60,761 nt of DNA from an uncultured Clostridia bacterium (lineage in GTDB: Bacteria; Bacillota; Clostridia; TANB77; CAG-508). Of this stretch, positions 57,234 through 60,761 are shown one piece after another. A program made the translations under genes and the position numbers. Numbering within the stretch: position 1 is the stretch's first letter; each line of letters begins with the position of its first letter. The notes under the pieces were generated by a model. It was not told the DNA's origin, did not search any database, and saw only the letters and a program-made list of their open reading frames with translations. The stretch lies in NCBI GenBank assembly GCA_947629835.1, contig CANRFH010000004.1:1-60761 (forward strand), in the 5' to 3' direction.

Positions 57234-57317
57234 TTTAAAATTCCTCCAAATTTAAATTAAAGCCCTTGGCTTATTTATAATATAATTATACCACAAAATG
57301 CGCTTAAAATCAAATTT

Positions 57318-59360
57318 TTAGGCCTTAACTTTGTCAAATTCTAACTCTACCTTAAATAAATCTCCATCAATTCGTATATTAAATTTTCCTTTTTGTAATT
57401 CTGTCAAACTTTTAGCAATAGAAAGTCCAAGTCCGCTTCCCTCTGTTGTCCTTGATTTATCTCCTCTGACAAACCTTTGCATAAGTTCTTCTTCACTTAT
57501 ATTAAGTTTTTCGGCGGATATATTTTTTAAACAAACACTTACCTTGTTTATGTCTGTCTTAACATCTATATATACTCTTGAATCTTTTAAAGCATATTTA
57601 GCAATATTACTAAATGAATTTTCTATTATTCTATACATATATCTGCTATCAGCTTTGATATATGTTTCTTCTTCTGGGAAAGTTGTTATAATTTCTAATC
57701 CTTTTTCTTTAAACTTTTCTTCAAATTCTGCTGTTGTTTGATTTATTAATTCAGTTATTCCTATTTTTTCAAGATTTAATTTTACATTTCCTGATGACGC
57801 CTTAGATGCTTCTACTAAATCTTCTGTAAGTCTTTTTAATCTATGTGATTTAGTCTCCAAGATTTCTATATATTCCCCAGCTTTTTTGTTTTTTATATTT
57901 TCTTGTTTTAGCAAATCTACATAGTTTATAATCGAAGTTAGTGGAGTCTTTATATCATGTGATACATTTGTTATAAGCTCTGTTTTTAATCTTTCACTTT
58001 TTATTCCTTCTTGAATTGCATTTTCAAATCCATTTGATATATCGTTTATATACATTACCATATTCTTAAATTCTGGGCAAAAATCATCTGGGTTTAATTT
58101 TTTATCAATGTTTCCTTCATATATCTCTTTCAAATGTTTTTCTATCATTTCAAAAGATTTTATTCTTCTTATAATTTGATAAATAACATATATCGTTATA
58201 CATGCATCTATTAAAAATGCAAAGAATATATTTCTAAAAAATATAACAACTATAAGTACCATTACAATAATATAAACAGATATCCATAGTATCAATTTTG
58301 TAGCATTGTTCATAGAAATTGCTATTTCTTTTGAAACCTTTTTTGAGGCATCATTTAGTTTATTAAATAGCTTAATTATTGCTATAGCTATTTTACCAAA
58401 TATGGTAGTTTGCACTATCATATTTGCTTTTATTCTTTTTATGAAGGTTGTTACACTTATCATAACTACTGTATATATTACTAAATAAGCACATATTATT
58501 GAACTAATACATAACTTATAATACTCTTGACCAAAAAATCTATTTATTATATGCGATATAACTATTACAGTTACATATATTGCTAACCATGCTATTGTTA
58601 AAATTATTTCAAGTGGAATTTTGTCTAAATCATTTATATCTATTTCTTTTTTGCCTTTTGTATGCCCGATGCTAATTATTAAATAAACTACTATTATTAT
58701 CGAAAACACTGCACATATTGGGATACTAGTATATACTACATTTTCGTAATTTCTAATAAATTTTAATGCACTTACTATTTGACCTTCTGCATTTTCCATG
58801 CTAAACTCTTTTGTATATACTGCATAAATTTCATAATCTTCAAATTTTGCTGTTTGTACCTCTGTTGATTTATTATTGTTATTATAATAAGAGTGGTCAA
58901 GTAATCCTTTATAATAATTAATGTAATAGTTCAATGGATTTGATTTTAAATTTCCATTGATAGAAACTAAATGCTCTCCTTCTTCATTATTTATATAGTT
59001 TTTAATTCCATCAATAGTAGTTTCTGAAGATACATTTGTAATTGCCTTATCTTTATATATAACTAAAAATAGATCTTTTTTTAAGCTTATACTTGAGTAA
59101 TTTTCACTTGTTCTATATAAAAGTCTTGTTTTATTGTCCATTGTACTATAATCTGACTGACTATATATTAAATCATAAGTTACTTCTTGTAAATTACTCA
59201 TATATTTTTTTGCAAAGTTATTTGAGTCAAAGTATGAATCACTCATCATATAGTCATACTCTTCCCTTATGTCGGTATATGCAAAAGACATAACTATTAT
59301 AAGGATAAGTATTGGTAAAACTATGTAACTTATTGTTTTTAAGATTTTATTATCTCTCAT
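57318..59360 (-). CDS. Sensor histidine kinase
   Basis: Multiple TMs, NVSHDIKTPLT, NIAKYA, FVRGDKSR..EGSGLGLSI. Confidence 0.93.
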   Translation of the reverse strand: MRDNKILKTISYIVLPILILIIVMSFAYTDIREEYDYMMSDSYFDSNNFAKKYMSNLQEVTYDLIYSQSDYSTMDNKTRLLYRTSENYSSISLKKDLFLVIYKDKAITNVSSETTIDGIKNYINNEEGEHLVSINGNLKSNPLNYYINYYKGLLDHSYYNNNNKSTEVQTAKFEDYEIYAVYTKEFSMENAEGQIVSALKFIRNYENVVYTSIPICAVFSIIIVVYLIISIGHTKGKKEIDINDLDKIPLEIILTIAWLAIYVTVIVISHIINRFFGQEYYKLCISSIICAYLVIYTVVMISVTTFIKRIKANMIVQTTIFGKIAIAIIKLFNKLNDASKKVSKEIAISMNNATKLILWISVYIIVMVLIVVIFFRNIFFAFLIDACITIYVIYQIIRRIKSFEMIEKHLKEIYEGNIDKKLNPDDFCPEFKNMVMYINDISNGFENAIQEGIKSERLKTELITNVSHDIKTPLTSIINYVDLLKQENIKNKKAGEYIEILETKSHRLKRLTEDLVEASKASSGNVKLNLEKIGITELINQTTAEFEEKFKEKGLEIITTFPEEETYIKADSRYMYRIIENSFSNIAKYALKDSRVYIDVKTDINKVSVCLKNISAEKLNISEEELMQRFVRGDKSRTTEGSGLGLSIAKSLTELQKGKFNIRIDGDLFKVELEFDKVKA

Positions 59361-59378
59361 ATATCTTTAACATCCTTT

Positions 59379-60074
59379 CTACAATTTTTCAACTTTATAA
59401 CCTATCCCCCAAATAACTTTTAAATATTTTGGTTCTTTTGGGTTTATTTCTATTTTTTCTCTTATATGTCTTATATGTACAGCTATTATATTTTCTGCAC
59501 CATACGCCTCATCTTCCCATACATTTTCATAAATCTGTTCTATTGAATAAACTTTGCCTTTGTTTTTTGTTAAAAATTTCAGTATGTTATATTCTGTTGG
59601 TGTAAGCTTTACTTCCTTTCCATCAACTATTACTTTTTTTAAGTCATCATCAATTATGAGTTCTCCTGATGCATATATGTTTTTGCTTCCTTCATTAACT
59701 GCACTTCCAAGTTTTGTATATCTTCTTATACAAGAATTAACTCTCGCAATTAGTTCTAATGGGTTAAATGGTTTTGTCACATAATCATCTGCTCCCAAAT
59801 TTAATCCTTTTATTTTATCTTCATCTTCTGATTTTGCAGATAGCATAATTACTGGAATAGATTTTTCTTTTCTTATTTCTTCGATAGTTTCTATTCCATC
59901 TTTTTTAGGCATCATTATATCTAATATAATAAGATGTATTGTGTTTTCTTTTAGTATCTTTAAACACTCTTCTCCATCATAGGCTTTTAAGACATTGTAA
60001 TTTTCCTTTACTAGATATATTTCTATTGCCTTTACAATTTCTTTATCATCATCACAAACTAATATATTGTACAT
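59379..60074 (-). CDS. OmpR-family response regulator
   Basis: ILVCDD, LDIMMP, GADDYVTKPF, winged helix VWGIGYK. Confidence 0.94.
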   Translation of the reverse strand: MYNILVCDDDKEIVKAIEIYLVKENYNVLKAYDGEECLKILKENTIHLIILDIMMPKKDGIETIEEIRKEKSIPVIMLSAKSEDEDKIKGLNLGADDYVTKPFNPLELIARVNSCIRRYTKLGSAVNEGSKNIYASGELIIDDDLKKVIVDGKEVKLTPTEYNILKFLTKNKGKVYSIEQIYENVWEDEAYGAENIIAVHIRHIREKIEINPKEPKYLKVIWGIGYKVEKL

Positions 60075-60166
60075 AATCTTTCTCCTTCTATTATATTATA
60101 ACAAATAATTTATTAAGAAAAAATAGATAGTTTATTAATTTTTTCTTAACATGCCTTAAAGAGCAT

Positions 60167-60203
60167 AAAAAAAGAAGAACATCTAAAAAGATGTTCCGCT
60201 TCT
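60167..60203 (-). terminator. Terminator after rplS
   Basis: GAACATCT-AAAA-AGATGTTC hairpin with a T tract on the minus strand. Confidence 0.65.
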
Positions 60204-60215
60204 ACTTAAAATATA

Positions 60216-60761
60216 TTATTCCTCTTCTTTTTTTGTTTCTTCTGAATCAGCTTCTTTAACTGGTTCTTCTTTAACTTCTTCTACTGGTGTTTCTGATACT
60301 GTATCAACAGTTTCCTCTACAACTGGATTTTCTGTTTCAACAGCAGATTTTTCAACTTCTTCTGCTTGAGCAGGTTCTTCTTCTACTTCTTCTGCTGGTG
60401 CTTCTTCTACTACTGCTTCTTTAACTTCTTCTACTGGTGCTTCCTCAACTGGAGTAGCCTCTTCTACTACTTCCTCTTGTACAGGTTCTTCTTCTACTTG
60501 CTCTTTTAAAACTATTTCCTTAGTTTCAATTTTAGCTCCAACCTTCTCTTTTGTTCTAGCAGATTTACCTATTCTATCTCTTAAATAGAATAGTTTAGCT
60601 CTTCTTGCTTTACCTACTCTTACTACTTCTACTTTCTCTACCATTGGTGAATGTAAAAGGAATGTCTTTTCAACACCTACTCCGTAAGAAATTTTTCTTA
60701 CTGTAAATGTTTCATTTACTCCTCCACCTTGTTTTTTAATTATAATTCCTTCGAAAACTTG
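60216..60761 (-). CDS. rplS: 50S ribosomal protein L19 (5' end outside the window) with a long acidic C-terminal extension
   Basis: QVFEGIII....[41 protein letters not shown]. Confidence 0.95.
   Translation of the reverse strand, partial: QVFEGIIIKKQGGGVNETFTVRKISYGVGVEKTFLLHSPMVEKVEVVRVGKARRAKLFYLRDRIGKSARTKEKVGAKIETKEIVLKEQVEEEPVQEEVVEEATPVEEAPVEEVKEAVVEEAPAEEVEEEPAQAEEVEKSAVETENPVVEETVDTVSETPVEEVKEEPVKEADSEETKKEEE

Overview
This is a low-GC Clostridia-type (Bacillota) chromosomal segment with almost every gene on the minus strand. It holds a tRNA cluster, ftsEX-M23-ctpA, an acyl-CoA ligase, iscS, uvrB, a surface-glycosylation operon, a Fic-like protein, ispG, an LTA synthase, copAZ, purM-glyA, an ABC exporter, clpB, metK, a GH15, a beta-CASP RNase, ftsK, valS, uvrA, a two-component system and rplS. 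The main observation is that nine genes are broken by 18 apparent +1 frameshifts, and all 18 have the same form: an in-frame CGG followed by A (CGGA). Dropping the C gives a GGA glycine codon and restores the protein frame, including the UvrB Walker A motif and the P-type ATPase GDGIND motif. My manual scan found no other indel type and no in-frame CGG in any recognisable intact gene. This points to systematic recoding (CGGA read as one Gly, by four-base decoding or +1 skipping at an unassigned CGG) rather than pseudogenes. A second candidate system is a (CA)n-containing leader peptide whose stop codon lies in the loop of a terminator in front of the glycosylation operon, which looks like a phase-variable attenuator.
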